Notes: generated by a model not told the origin, from the letters alone. DNA of 64,000 nt from Verrucomicrobiia bacterium (GCA_963664225.1 OY760937.1:4160001-4224000); one strand, 5' to 3'. Positions 44,707-54,559 are shown, counted from the first letter of the stretch. Numbers and translations: made by a program.

Positions 44707-47370
44707 TCACTGCGGCGTACTGCGCTCCAAAATGTGGATGAGTCCTCGGTTTCCATCCACTTGGACGATGTCCCCGGTGCGAATGATTCGTGTTGCTGAA
44801 CCCACGTTCGTGACGGCGGGCAACCCATATTCCCGGGCGAGGATGCTGCCATGGCTCAACATGCCGCCCAGGTCGATGACGATCCCCGCCGCAGTCAGGA
44901 AGTAAGGGCTCCAGGCAGGATCGGTGCTGGGAGCCACGAGTATTTCCCCGGCAAGAACCCGGTCACGGGGATCGATCTCCAACAGGACACGAGCCCGGCC
45001 TGTGGCGACTCCCGGACTTGCGGGCAGTCCCTCCAGATGATCCACGGCCGCTTCAATCAAATCCGGCTGCCACTCGTCTGGATTACCGCATCCGAAAACG
45101 ACGGGCGGGGGATGGAGTTTCTGGTATCGCGCATACTCGGCGCGTCGTGCGGCCACGATTTTACGCAATTCCTCGCCTGAACCAAAGAGGTATTCGGAGC
45201 GCAATTCATCCACGGTCAGGAAGAAAACGTCGTTGGGATCGGCGCAACGCCCGAGCGGTACCAATCGACGCCCGAGTTCGAGTAACTGAAGGCGCGCCTG
45301 GCTGAGGCGACGCACGGATTCAGACTTCACGTTCTCCTTGATGGCGACACCGCGTTGGGCGTGGCGGAGCAGCCAGCGGAATAGCCCGCGTTTTATGGGA
45401 TTCTTCAAACGGTCCAGGCATTCTTTTTCCAGTGTCCTGCGTTGCTCACCCAATTCCGTGAGGCGGGTTGCCGGGGTGTTGAGATTGCCAGCAAGGATCT
45501 CCAGATAATTCCTGACAATTCCCAGCACCACATCCGGCGTCTCGGACCAGCGGGGATTGATCAGTTCCACCTCGCCCCGGGTGTGATGACCATGGCGGGA
45601 AAGGAACCCATTCCATTGATCCAGGAATGCCCTGCCTGCGGTGATCGACTGGAGTCGTCGCTCAAAAGGTCCAAAGTCCGTCTCCTCAGCAACAGCACGG
45701 CGCAATTCCGGATGCAGCGCCGCAACCTCCGCCAGGTTCCAAAGATCACGACCCGCTTGAGCCGGGGCCATGGTGCCCAAACCAGTGGTCAGGCGAGCCG
45801 CAATGGCCGAGCCTTCCGCGTCAAACCACCGTTTCGAGAGGGCAAGCAACAACACGAGATGAAACGCGCCGAGGCCCATGTAACTTAAAACCGGCTCTTC
45901 GCCCAACTCCTGCGTGGGCAAAGTCGCGCGGATCGTTTGCACCAGCAATTCATTGGAACAGGATTCCGGTGAAAACGAGTGCGGATCATTTGGCGGCAGC
46001 GGAAGTGTTTGAAGGCTCTGCGTGTTTCTCACCCAATAAAACCGCATGATCATGAAGAGCACCTTTGGCAATCGCCGTACTACAAGCCATGGATTGAATT
46101 TAAGACGCGGGAGGTCATCCGGCCCGAGCTGGATTTGCCGTTTGCAGGCGTCGTGTTCCTGCGCGCCACCGAAAATCTCACCGATGTCCTCAGGTTTGAC
46201 GGCCGGCAGAAGCTTCAGTAACGCCACGCACGTATTGACATTGAAATAGACTCTCCCGCCGATCCGGGCAATCAATTGGTCCGCCTGGATACGGTATCCG
46301 AGACGGCTGAAAAAGTTGCCGCAAAGCCCCTGAAGGAGTGGCATCAGCATGGAGTAAGTCATCGGTGTGATTACATCCGGCAAGGTTTCCCCCACGTTGG
46401 CATTGGTCCAGATCTGTCGTTCCTCCCAGGTCTTTTTTTTGCGCCTGCCCGTGATTGGCCGTGCTTGGAGGAGGTGCAGTCCCCCTCCGCACAGCGCCCA
46501 CTCGATGTCCAGTGGGCCGGGAAGGATCTGTTCCACTCGCTGGCTGAGTGTTCCCAATTGTTGCGCGGTTTGATCGTCCAACACCATGGAGGTACCTGAC
46601 TGCGAACCTGCGGTGCGTTTCAGGACAGTCATGGAAGCCTTATCCAAGACAAAGCATTCCGGAGTCATCCGGCCGCTCACGACGTTTTCACCAGAACCAG
46701 AGGCGGCTTCGATCACCAGGCGACTGGTATCTCCCGTTGCCGGGTCTGCGGTGAACAAAACACCTGCCGTTTCCGCCGGCACCATTTCCTGAACCACGAC
46801 AGCCATGCCCACCTGGTCAGCGGGTAATGAAAGTTTTGCCAGGTAAGACAGCGCGCGTGCGGAGTAAAGGGACAGCCAGCACTTCCTGATCGCGGACAGC
46901 AATGCATCACGCCCTTGCACGTTAAGATACGACTCAAAGAGTCCGGCGAAGGAATGGTCCGCGGCGTCCTCGACTGTTGCACTGGAACGCACCGCATAGA
47001 CACGTTCATCTCCAAATTCGCGCCACTCGGTGAGAATGGCCTGTTCGACCAACACTGGAATCGCAACATCGGCAAGACTGTCGGTGATCTCCTGGCTCAA
47101 GTTTCGGATTCGCTCGGGCGGTTCCTCCGAAAGCCGGGGCAGGATTCGCAATAATTCCTGACGATTTGGAGAGGCATCGAGAAACTGGTTGAATGCGGTC
47201 ACCGTCACACAGAAACCGGGTGGCACAGGCAGTTTTGCGCGTATCAAAACGCCAAGATTGGCCGCCTTGCCGCCCACCAACCCACGTTGGTCATTTTCAA
47301 CTCCCGCCAATGAAAGCGTCAGCGGCACATTCATGCGAGCCGCGAGGCTCTTTGTTTGGTCCGGTGGCAT
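44707..47370 (-). CDS. PEP-synthase-like dikinase (ATP-grasp, substrate domain, C-terminal phospho-His swivel; Rph/PigC architecture)
   Basis: VGGKAANL, AVRSSATVED...SFAG, AGVLFT, DIEWA, LQARPIT, WTNANVGE, TDPAWSPYF and GGMLSHGSILAREYGLPAV motifs. Confidence 0.88.
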   Translation of the reverse strand: MPPDQTKSLAARMNVPLTLSLAGVENDQRGLVGGKAANLGVLIRAKLPVPPGFCVTVTAFNQFLDASPNRQELLRILPRLSEEPPERIRNLSQEITDSLADVAIPVLVEQAILTEWREFGDERVYAVRSSATVEDAADHSFAGLFESYLNVQGRDALLSAIRKCWLSLYSARALSYLAKLSLPADQVGMAVVVQEMVPAETAGVLFTADPATGDTSRLVIEAASGSGENVVSGRMTPECFVLDKASMTVLKRTAGSQSGTSMVLDDQTAQQLGTLSQRVEQILPGPLDIEWALCGGGLHLLQARPITGRRKKKTWEERQIWTNANVGETLPDVITPMTYSMLMPLLQGLCGNFFSRLGYRIQADQLIARIGGRVYFNVNTCVALLKLLPAVKPEDIGEIFGGAQEHDACKRQIQLGPDDLPRLKFNPWLVVRRLPKVLFMIMRFYWVRNTQSLQTLPLPPNDPHSFSPESCSNELLVQTIRATLPTQELGEEPVLSYMGLGAFHLVLLLALSKRWFDAEGSAIAARLTTGLGTMAPAQAGRDLWNLAEVAALHPELRRAVAEETDFGPFERRLQSITAGRAFLDQWNGFLSRHGHHTRGEVELINPRWSETPDVVLGIVRNYLEILAGNLNTPATRLTELGEQRRTLEKECLDRLKNPIKRGLFRWLLRHAQRGVAIKENVKSESVRRLSQARLQLLELGRRLVPLGRCADPNDVFFLTVDELRSEYLFGSGEELRKIVAARRAEYARYQKLHPPPVVFGCGNPDEWQPDLIEAAVDHLEGLPASPGVATGRARVLLEIDPRDRVLAGEILVAPSTDPAWSPYFLTAAGIVIDLGGMLSHGSILAREYGLPAVTNVGSATRIIRTGDIVQVDGNRGLIHILERSTPQ

Positions 47371-47396
47371 CTGAAATGGTTTGCTTTCCAGGGCCC

Positions 47397-48077
47397 CTAT
47401 TTTTGTGGGGGCAGGGGATGGATCAGAATCGTGTTATTCTGAATGTCGATCGACTGGACATTCTGGAAAAACTCCAGGGCCGGGGTGTTATTATAGAGTT
47501 GCTGGAGGAAATTCTCGCGGGCGATGCGCCTGAAAAGCCACCACGGTATGGGCGTATTATTGGCCAATATTTTAGAGGGGGAGAGCACGGCGTAACCGTC
47601 CTGAAAGGTCAGGTTGAACAGGATGCGCCCGTTGATGAACTTACCCTTGAGCTGTTTGTTGTTGGTTTTATCCAACGGAATGGCGAATCGGCACTGTAGG
47701 ATGTTGTTGGTGATTTCGACGAACAGTTTGTCTTTGAAAGGAGGCATACTCCCCATGAAAGTGTTGAGATCGTTGCCGGTTATCGCCAGGGGTTCAGGCA
47801 TTTTATCGCTATCCATTGACGCTTGAAACGCCACCAGCCTGGTTTGAAAAGCCTGCACGGCATTGGCGGCGATTTCCACCTTGGGCAGGGGCTGGGCCGT
47901 GGTTGTGGCATAGGTTTTGACCAGATGATTCCAATAAATGGCGGCGGCCACCACCAGGGTGACGATCAAGGCCACCAACGCGCACGCGCCGATGATGAGG
48001 TATTTCAGCCACTTGCGTTTCTTAGCCACGGGCTGGGCTGATTCGGGCGCGGTCGTGTTTGTATTCATTGGTTCCAT
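47397..48077 (-). CDS. Hypothetical membrane-anchored protein
   Basis: KKRKW followed by one TM helix and a soluble domain; co-oriented with neighbours. Confidence 0.7.
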   Translation of the reverse strand: MEPMNTNTTAPESAQPVAKKRKWLKYLIIGACALVALIVTLVVAAAIYWNHLVKTYATTTAQPLPKVEIAANAVQAFQTRLVAFQASMDSDKMPEPLAITGNDLNTFMGSMPPFKDKLFVEITNNILQCRFAIPLDKTNNKQLKGKFINGRILFNLTFQDGYAVLSPSKILANNTPIPWWLFRRIARENFLQQLYNNTPALEFFQNVQSIDIQNNTILIHPLPPQK

Positions 48078-48137
48078 CTCTGCATCAAGTAATATCGATA
48101 GGATACACAAAAAGATGGGCGGTGGTTACAAACCTTT

Positions 48138-49532
48138 TTAATCCTGCCCCATCAGCCGCTTTCCCAGGCGCAGAGGCACGCGAAAAATATCGCGCAGCAA
48201 ATCCTCGAGTTTTCGCGCTGCGGGTTCCTCCAGACGAAAACAGATGACGATGGCGCAAATAAAGACAAGCTCCACCGCGCAAAAGAAAATGCTGTAGCGG
48301 TTCCACTCCAGACCGAGCCAGCGAACATGCACCAGCCTCAAGGCGTCAATCATCATTCCCCACAAGATGGGCGAGATGCCCATGGTGAGGCTGCCCACCA
48401 CCGAGAACAGGGCGAAGAAATGGTTTCGGCCCATCACCGGTATGGTCAGCATGGCCAGTCGCGTGTTCGACATGGTGAACATGGATGTGGCCAGTCCCAT
48501 GACCACCTGCAATCCGACCAGCAGCGCCATTGACGTTCTGAGCACGCCGCCCGCGACCAGGGCCCAGATCGCCATGATCACCAACCAGGCGATGAGCGAA
48601 AATTTCAGCGCCGGTTTGCTTCCCCATGGATCGAGCCGCGCGCCCAGCAACCATAAAGTACACCAGCCGCCCAGAAACGATGTGGCCGTCACCAGCAAAA
48701 TGGCCTGCTCCGTCATGCCTGCCTCGGTTTTCAAATAGGCCACCACAAAGGCCGTCAGCCCGCCATACGCGGACGACCAGGCCACGTTCAGCCAAAGCAA
48801 TTTGCGGAACGGCGGGTACTCCGCAATTTCACGCCAGGGCACCCGAGTCGTTGAGACGCGCGTTTCCTCCATCGTCTCGCCTTCCGGCATGCGGTTTAAA
48901 GAGTTGAGGCTCACCGCGCCCATCAAGCCGCTGAAGCCGAACAAGACCGAAAATTGCCAGGGCGCGGGATTTGTCCCCAGGCAGAAGGCCGCGAGCAAAA
49001 AGGCCACGGCGCTCGAAACATTCACACAGGCCGCCTCCCGCGCGAGGTAATGGCCCCGGAGACCCTCCGGCACGATGGAGGTGATCCACGGCAGCCAGGC
49101 GCAACTTGTGATGCCGCGCGACAGATTGAATCCAAAGAGTAACATCAGCACGAGAGCCAGCCGGGTGGGCGCGTTCAGAAACACCCCTGTCAGTGGAACC
49201 AGCGCCATTCCAAAAATGAACAGAACCCGTGTGCCCCAACCGGCGAACGTGAACCTTTTATAACCCACCCGCGCCACATGCCTTGCCGCCGGAATCTGAA
49301 AAATCACCAATAGCGGCATCATTCCCGAGATGATCCCCAGCACGGTGGCGGTCGCGCCCAGGGATTTGGCATAGAGCACCATTGGGCTGTTGAGAATCAT
49401 CTGGAACGACAGCGCGTTGAACACCGCAAAGAAATAGGCATGCTTCAGCCCGGGCGGGTATTCTGCTCCTTGACGCGATGTCGCTGCCGTTTTCAACAGA
49501 GTTAATTTTGCACGAGCGCCTCCGCCTGTCAC
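48138..49532 (-). CDS. MFS transporter (start uncertain)
   Basis: About 12 hydrophobic segments; WLPWITSIVP...RG.Y and GARLDPWGSKP loop motifs. Confidence 0.8.
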   Translation of the reverse strand: MTGGGARAKLTLLKTAATSRQGAEYPPGLKHAYFFAVFNALSFQMILNSPMVLYAKSLGATATVLGIISGMMPLLVIFQIPAARHVARVGYKRFTFAGWGTRVLFIFGMALVPLTGVFLNAPTRLALVLMLLFGFNLSRGITSCAWLPWITSIVPEGLRGHYLAREAACVNVSSAVAFLLAAFCLGTNPAPWQFSVLFGFSGLMGAVSLNSLNRMPEGETMEETRVSTTRVPWREIAEYPPFRKLLWLNVAWSSAYGGLTAFVVAYLKTEAGMTEQAILLVTATSFLGGWCTLWLLGARLDPWGSKPALKFSLIAWLVIMAIWALVAGGVLRTSMALLVGLQVVMGLATSMFTMSNTRLAMLTIPVMGRNHFFALFSVVGSLTMGISPILWGMMIDALRLVHVRWLGLEWNRYSIFFCAVELVFICAIVICFRLEEPAARKLEDLLRDIFRVPLRLGKRLMGQD

Positions 49533-49629
49533 GTTAAAGAGCCATCAGAGGAAATGGTGGAATGGCTCGATAATTCGAATGGCCTTGGGAAAGTATTTTC
49601 CGACTGATGGGCACCACCGAAGGGAAAGT

Positions 49630-49833
49630 GAATTCCTGCGCGTGTCACCAGTACTGGTGACTGGTGGGGACACGGAATTCGGGTACTCTGATCCCATAAC
49701 TGATCGGTGCAGTTATGCAGAGTTTGTTTGCCGTGTGTGTTTTTAGGGCGTATGTCTGCAGCGCCCGCACTGATCGACGATTTTAGATAACTTAGCGGTT
49801 ATCAATGTGTTAAAGTAAGTTCTCATTACTTTA
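49630..49833. repeat. Cluster of intergenic inverted repeats
   Basis: GAATTCC...GGAATTC encloses the perfect 18-bp palindrome GTCACCAGTACTGGTGAC (49644-49661). Also CATAACTG-N7-CAGTTATG (49695-49717), GATAAC-N6-GTTATC (49786-49803) and TAAAGTAA-N7-TTACTTTA (49811-49833). Confidence 0.6.
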
Positions 49834-49840
49834 TTTCCGT

Positions 49841-49870
49841 AAAAAGGCCGGGTTTACACCCGGCCTTTTT
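49841..49870. terminator. Intrinsic terminator, symmetric/bidirectional
   Basis: AAAAAGGCCGGGT-ttac-ACCCGGCCTTTTT, downstream of the DUF4097 gene. Confidence 0.88.
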
Positions 49871-49907
49871 GTTTTCTCCCACGGTATGGAATCATTAACC
49901 CATCCGT

Positions 49908-50969
49908 TTATCGTTTGTGGATTTCAATGTGGCCCGCGCTGGTTCTTAGCTCCAGTCGCGGGCCACCCCCGTTGATCTTCCCACGCAGGGCCGACCGGTT
50001 TTGTTGGCCCACGGTGGTCACGGGAATTTGTGTGCTGACCCCTCCGGCGGAAGTTTGGGCGTCCAAATCAAGCGCCCAGGAAGGATCCAGGGTGACATCG
50101 ATACCTCCGGCGGAGGTTTGGAGCGCACATTCTCCGGTCGGAGCCTCCGAGAATTCAGCCGAAATGGAACCGCCTGAGGTTTGCGCATGCACCAACCCGC
50201 CTACGCGGTGGAGATTAACGGATCCGCCCGCCGTTCTGGCTTCGAGACCGTTCCGAACCCCATCCACGCGAATGCTTCCTCCCGAGGTGCGGACATTCAC
50301 CTTGCCGCCGGACTCACCGACCTGGATCGAGCCGCCCGCAGTATTCGCTTCCACACTTCCCGTGGCTCCGTCGATATCGATGCTTCCACCGGAGGTCTGG
50401 GCGTGGGCGTCACCGGTGATTTTGCCAAAGTTGATCGATCCCCCAGCCGTCTGCGCGCGGGCGTTTCCTTTAATTGCGGCAACAGAGATGCTGCCGCCGG
50501 CGGTCTTCACATCGACATTAAATTCACTGGGTATGCTGATGGTATAGCGCACCTGAATCTGGCGCTTGAACGACCACCATGGACCGTTGTTTTCCCGCGG
50601 ACCTTTTGCCTTGATGGTCAACGTGTTGCCATCCTGATCGAAGGTGATTTTATGCGCGTTAAAGGACTCCCCGGCTTCAACGGCACTGGAGGCTTCCTTC
50701 TTGCGCTCGACCTCCACGCGGATCGACTCTTGAGTGGAACTCTTGATGTCAATGGAACCCCGGTCCACGTCCATGATCAACGTGCCGGCCGGTTTTACAT
50801 CGAAGGTTTTGACTATCTTATCTTTAAATTCCTCGCCAGATGTCGCCAGGGCAAGCATGGGGATGGTCAGCGCGCAGGCCAGACGAAGCCGCAAGTTTGG
50901 GCTGCGGAATGAATTCACCAAGCCAGGACGGATTGTCGAGTTCCGAAGGGTATCAATGTCGTTTCGCAT
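49908..50969 (-). CDS. DUF4097 beta-strand repeat (putative adhesin) protein
   Basis: Repeated (A/V)xT(S/A)GGSI units, VRYTISIP, and GKINGGGP.LELRTSAG.I.I ending. Confidence 0.85.
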   Translation of the reverse strand: MRNDIDTLRNSTIRPGLVNSFRSPNLRLRLACALTIPMLALATSGEEFKDKIVKTFDVKPAGTLIMDVDRGSIDIKSSTQESIRVEVERKKEASSAVEAGESFNAHKITFDQDGNTLTIKAKGPRENNGPWWSFKRQIQVRYTISIPSEFNVDVKTAGGSISVAAIKGNARAQTAGGSINFGKITGDAHAQTSGGSIDIDGATGSVEANTAGGSIQVGESGGKVNVRTSGGSIRVDGVRNGLEARTAGGSVNLHRVGGLVHAQTSGGSISAEFSEAPTGECALQTSAGGIDVTLDPSWALDLDAQTSAGGVSTQIPVTTVGQQNRSALRGKINGGGPRLELRTSAGHIEIHKR

Positions 50970-50973
50970 GGTT

Positions 50974-51003
50974 TAATAACCCGTGGAGACGATCTTTGTT
51001 TCA
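50974..51003 (-). promoter_or_regulatory. Candidate ECF (SigW-like) promoter
   Basis: Minus strand TGAAAC-N16-GGTTATTA immediately before ATG 50969. Confidence 0.35.
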
Positions 51004-51052
51004 AAAATCGCGAAGAATTCTGGCAGGGTTCTGAACCCAAAAAGTCCAGGCA

Positions 51053-51439
51053 CTACAAATCGCGAGCATGGATCGCATCCAGCCAGTGGCTTAGGGGATG
51101 GCGATGAGAGCTGACCCAGCGGTAAATCATTGCCGCCAAGGGCAGCATACCGGGCAGGAAAAGCGCCAGAGTGGGAAGCGCCACCAGAGGCAGGCGCAGG
51201 CCCATAAAACGAAAAGCCTCCGCGCCGTTGTAAACGCGTCCGTCTGCGGTCAAAACATGGAGCGCAGCCTGAAGATCTTTTCCGCGAAGAGCTTCCGGCA
51301 AAGAGGGATCGAAGGATTGTGTGACGGGCACGGGCGAAAAACAATCAAACCAATCCAGCCTTCTCAGAAGGCGCATCTGACTAACACACAATCCGCAAGT
51401 ACCGTCATAATATACTGAATGTTTCGCACTCGCACCCAT
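51053..51439 (-). CDS. DCC1-like thiol-disulfide oxidoreductase (DUF393)
   Basis: YYDGTCGLC (DxxCxxC), LHVLTADG...GAEAF and YRWVSSHR motifs. Confidence 0.85.
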   Translation of the reverse strand: MGASAKHSVYYDGTCGLCVSQMRLLRRLDWFDCFSPVPVTQSFDPSLPEALRGKDLQAALHVLTADGRVYNGAEAFRFMGLRLPLVALPTLALFLPGMLPLAAMIYRWVSSHRHPLSHWLDAIHARDL

Positions 51440-51506
51440 CACGCCCCAATATAGCCCACAAACGGCAAATTGAAACCGGGGTATATACCCCATTTATCAA
51501 GTGTAC

Positions 51507-51542
51507 AAAAAAAACACCGCCGGACAATGCCAGCGGTGTTTT
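51507..51542 (-). terminator. Intrinsic terminator after the isomerase gene
   Basis: AAAACACCGC...GCGGTGTTTT stem with an 8-U tract on the minus strand. Confidence 0.75.
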
Positions 51543-51563
51543 GAATTCTGAGCGAGCAGGGCC

Positions 51564-52400
51564 TTAGCTCTTCTTCTTGAGCAAACCCTTGAGGTGTTTG
51601 ATCGAACGCTCCGCCTGCTCGATGGTTCCGCATTCCACGGAGAACACGATGTCCCGTTCGCAGGTGCGGCATACCTCGATGACTTTTTGCCAATCGATCA
51701 CGCCGTCGCCACAGGCGCAGCCAACGGGCGTTCCCGTCACCTTGCCGCGTTCCGCGCCGGATTGCTCGATGGAAATGTCCTTGGCGTGGAGATGCACAAG
51801 GCGGTTCTTCACGCGCTTGAGCCAGATGATCGGGTCCTGGCCAGAAAGGTAGCTGTTGCCGGTGTCGAAATTGACACCGATCGAGGGGCTTTTGACCAGA
51901 TTGACAATCCGGTCCAGACCCTCGGGCGTCTTGCTGTATTGCTGGTGCGGCTCAATACCGATCAGGATCTTGCGCGGTTCGGCCACCAGCGCCGCCTCCT
52001 GGAGGGTGTATTTCATCAGGGTGAAATCCTCCTCCACGGTGGTCCATTTTTGCTTGGGACCCTCGTCTGTATTGACCACCGGCGCGCCGCATTCCGCGGC
52101 AAACCGGATGGCCTGCTTGAGATATTCCACCCCAATCTCCGGCTTGGTCAGCGGTGTGTGCGCCGAAAGCCCCGAGAGTTTGACCCCGGCCTTTTTACAG
52201 GCGCGCTGAATGCGCAACGGGTCGTCGAGCATCGAAACGCTGTGGAAATAGCCCGCTTCACTGAGCAATTCCCGACCCCAGTGAACCATGGGTTCCACAT
52301 GGGTGTAGCCCAGTTCCGCAGCCTTCTCCACGGCCCACTCCATCGACTTGTCGTGGTGCCGGACGTATTCGAGGTTTATACCGAGGTGGATTTTGCCCAT
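51564..52400 (-). CDS. Sugar phosphate isomerase/epimerase (xylose isomerase-like TIM barrel, IolE-like)
   Basis: IGIEPH, VNFDTGN, HLHAKD, GDGVIDW and SVE metal-binding motifs. Confidence 0.85.
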   Translation of the reverse strand: MGKIHLGINLEYVRHHDKSMEWAVEKAAELGYTHVEPMVHWGRELLSEAGYFHSVSMLDDPLRIQRACKKAGVKLSGLSAHTPLTKPEIGVEYLKQAIRFAAECGAPVVNTDEGPKQKWTTVEEDFTLMKYTLQEAALVAEPRKILIGIEPHQQYSKTPEGLDRIVNLVKSPSIGVNFDTGNSYLSGQDPIIWLKRVKNRLVHLHAKDISIEQSGAERGKVTGTPVGCACGDGVIDWQKVIEVCRTCERDIVFSVECGTIEQAERSIKHLKGLLKKKS

Positions 52401-52412
52401 AAGAACCTCGCG

Positions 52413-53150
52413 TTATTCCACTTTGCCGGTGGCGGCCCATTGGCAGCCGTTGACGATCAATTTGGCGACGGACGGGTTCGTGATGGCCTTGCCATCATGA
52501 CCAAAGCATTCATGGAACACGCGACCCTGGCCGTAATTGAATGTGAACGCCAGCGGCTCGGTCTTATTGCTAAAGTCGGATTCGGCAGTCACCAGGACAT
52601 TGATGGGCGCATCACCCTGCAACTTGGCGTAGAGTTCATCGTCCTCTTCGAAATCAGACATTCCCTTGGTGATCGCATTATCCTTGTCGGCGATTTTCAC
52701 CGTGAAGACCTTGCGCGCGTTGTGGCCGGACTTGCCCATCACCCAATAACGGCCGCACAGATTCTTGAATTCATCCCACTCCTTGTAGGAGGCGCTGGCC
52801 AGGTGCGAAACGGCAAAGCCCTTGCCGCTCTTTACAAAGGTGATCAGGTTTTCCTTGGCGGCATCCGAGATCGTGGGGGTGCTGGCGTTGAAGGAAGTCA
52901 GAAAAACGATGTCGTAGCGTTTGAGGGAGCTGGCGGAATCCAAAATACCGGCATCCTCGCAGACCTTCACATCGAATTTGCCGGAGGCCACCAGCACGTC
53001 CTTGGTGGCCTGAGACATTTCCTGCCATTTATGGACGCCGACGTCGTCGCCGGTGATCAGCAGGACTTTGATTTTGGGGGCGTCCGCCGCTTGAGCGACA
53101 CAGGCGGTCATGAGAGCGGCGCTGAACAGGCCAATGATGGTTTTATACAT
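52413..53150 (-). CDS. ThuA-domain secreted protein
   Basis: Signal peptide; IKVLLITG, DELY, EPLAFT.NYGQGRVF and GH motifs. Confidence 0.82.
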   Translation of the reverse strand: MYKTIIGLFSAALMTACVAQAADAPKIKVLLITGDDVGVHKWQEMSQATKDVLVASGKFDVKVCEDAGILDSASSLKRYDIVFLTSFNASTPTISDAAKENLITFVKSGKGFAVSHLASASYKEWDEFKNLCGRYWVMGKSGHNARKVFTVKIADKDNAITKGMSDFEEDDELYAKLQGDAPINVLVTAESDFSNKTEPLAFTFNYGQGRVFHECFGHDGKAITNPSVAKLIVNGCQWAATGKVE

Positions 53151-53203
53151 ACTTTTATTTGGGTGGTGCGGCATGGCCGCGGTTATTCACTGAGAAAGAA
53201 TCG

Positions 53204-53590
53204 TTATTTCGCAACGAAATCGAAGACGAACACGTCGGCAATAACCGAGCCGAGCGAGCCGCCAAACGTCTTGTGGGCGGGATGCACGAGGTAGGCGTCC
53301 CGGTCCGCGGCATTCTTGAAGGTGAGTTCCCAGCAATGTGTGAAACCCTTATTGAGCTTTTCAGGGCTCATGTTCGTGCCCGCCTTGAGCGACTTGATCT
53401 GATGGATTTTGGACTTCAAGGCGCGGAAATCAGCGTCCACCTTGTTAATCTGTTCGGCTGTGGTGGCTTCCGCGAATTTAAAGCAGACCACATGGTGGAC
53501 GGGTCCTTTGACGGCGGTGTCCGCAGCCAGGCCGGTGGTCAGAAGACCGGCAAAAAGAATCAAACCACAGCAAAGAAGCAACGACTTCAT
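53204..53590 (-). CDS. Dabb-family stress-responsive A/B barrel protein with signal peptide
   Basis: HHVVCFKF, GTNMSPE, GFTH, YLVHPAH and VFDF motifs. Confidence 0.88.
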   Translation of the reverse strand: MKSLLLCCGLILFAGLLTTGLAADTAVKGPVHHVVCFKFAEATTAEQINKVDADFRALKSKIHQIKSLKAGTNMSPEKLNKGFTHCWELTFKNAADRDAYLVHPAHKTFGGSLGSVIADVFVFDFVAK

Positions 53591-53739
53591 AAAAGTTTTC
53601 AGGAGATTTTGGGTTAATGTTTTAGTGAAGCGCAACATAGGGGAATTTCGCACCGCTGGCAAGCAAATTGCCGGTTCCAAAAATCTGCAACCATCGCTTG
53701 CATTATTCCACCATCATGCGAAAAATAGGCCTGCATCGT

Positions 53740-53817
53740 CGGAGCGTAGCTCAGCCTGGCTAGAGCACTTGGTTTGGGACCAAGACGTCGCAGGTTCAAA
53801 TCCTGTCGCTCCGACCA
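53740..53817 (+). tRNA. tRNA-Pro(TGG)
   Basis: Acceptor stem CGGAGCG/CGCTCCG, anticodon arm CTTGG-TTTGGGA-CCAAG, T arm GCAGG-TTCAAAT-CCTGT and encoded CCA. Confidence 0.96.
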
Positions 53818-53835
53818 TTTCCCCCTCCATCCCGC

Positions 53836-53864
53836 TTGTCGAATGGCCAGGCTGCCCTTATGCT
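53836..53864 (+). promoter_or_regulatory. sigma70 promoter, probably leaderless
   Basis: TTGTCG-N17-TATGCT, then 7 nt to ATG 53872. Confidence 0.55.
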
Positions 53865-53871
53865 CCGGGGC

Positions 53872-54555
53872 ATGCAGTATAACAACACCTTTGGATTCAC
53901 GAAGGAAGACCCATGGCGGGTGTTCCGCATCATGGCGGAATTTGTCGATTCTTTTGAAACGCTTTCAAAGATCGGTCCTGCGGTCACCATATTTGGCTCC
54001 GCCCGCATCCCCACGTCGGATCCCTATTACAAGCACACGGTCGAGTTGGGTGAGAAACTCGCCAAACAGAGGCTCGCGGTGATCACTGGTGGCGGTCCGG
54101 GCGTGATGGAAGCCGCCAACCGCGGCGCGGCCCGGGCTAAAGGGACTTCCGTGGGGTTGAACATTGAACTGCCCCACGAACAGCACGGAAACCGTTACGC
54201 CAACGTTCCGATGCATTTCCACTATTTCTTTTCGCGCAAGGTGTGCTTCGTCAAATACAGTGTGGGATTCGTGTTTATGCCGGGCGGCTTTGGGACGCTC
54301 GATGAGCTTTATGAAGTGCTGACGCTGGTGCAAACCGAGCGCATTCCCCGCTTTCCCCTGATCCTCTTTGGATCCAAATATTGGAAGGGCCTGCTGGACT
54401 GGATGAAGACCCAGATGGAAACCCGGAAGTATATCAGCCCGGACGATCTGGATTTGTTGACCGTCACGGACGATGTTCAGGAGGCCGTCGATCTGATTCT
54501 GGATTACCAGAGGCGCATCAGCCCGCAGGAACTTCAGATCTCGAAACTGGTTTAA
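53872..54555 (+). CDS. LOG-family nucleotide phosphoribohydrolase (TIGR00730)
   Basis: VTIFGSAR, ITGGGPGVMEAANRGA, FHYFFSRK and PGGFGTLDE motifs. Confidence 0.92.
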   Translation: MQYNNTFGFTKEDPWRVFRIMAEFVDSFETLSKIGPAVTIFGSARIPTSDPYYKHTVELGEKLAKQRLAVITGGGPGVMEAANRGAARAKGTSVGLNIELPHEQHGNRYANVPMHFHYFFSRKVCFVKYSVGFVFMPGGFGTLDELYEVLTLVQTERIPRFPLILFGSKYWKGLLDWMKTQMETRKYISPDDLDLLTVTDDVQEAVDLILDYQRRISPQELQISKLV

Positions 54556-54559
54556 CCCC

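Noticed and set aside
44707..47370. Naming the gene rph or ppsA
   Set aside because: The architecture is shared by several enzymes; substrate specificity cannot be read by eye, and the PpsA C-terminal barrel is absent.
53740..53817. tRNA-Pro as an island integration site
   Set aside because: No duplicated tRNA 3' end or integrase was seen, and housekeeping genes follow directly.
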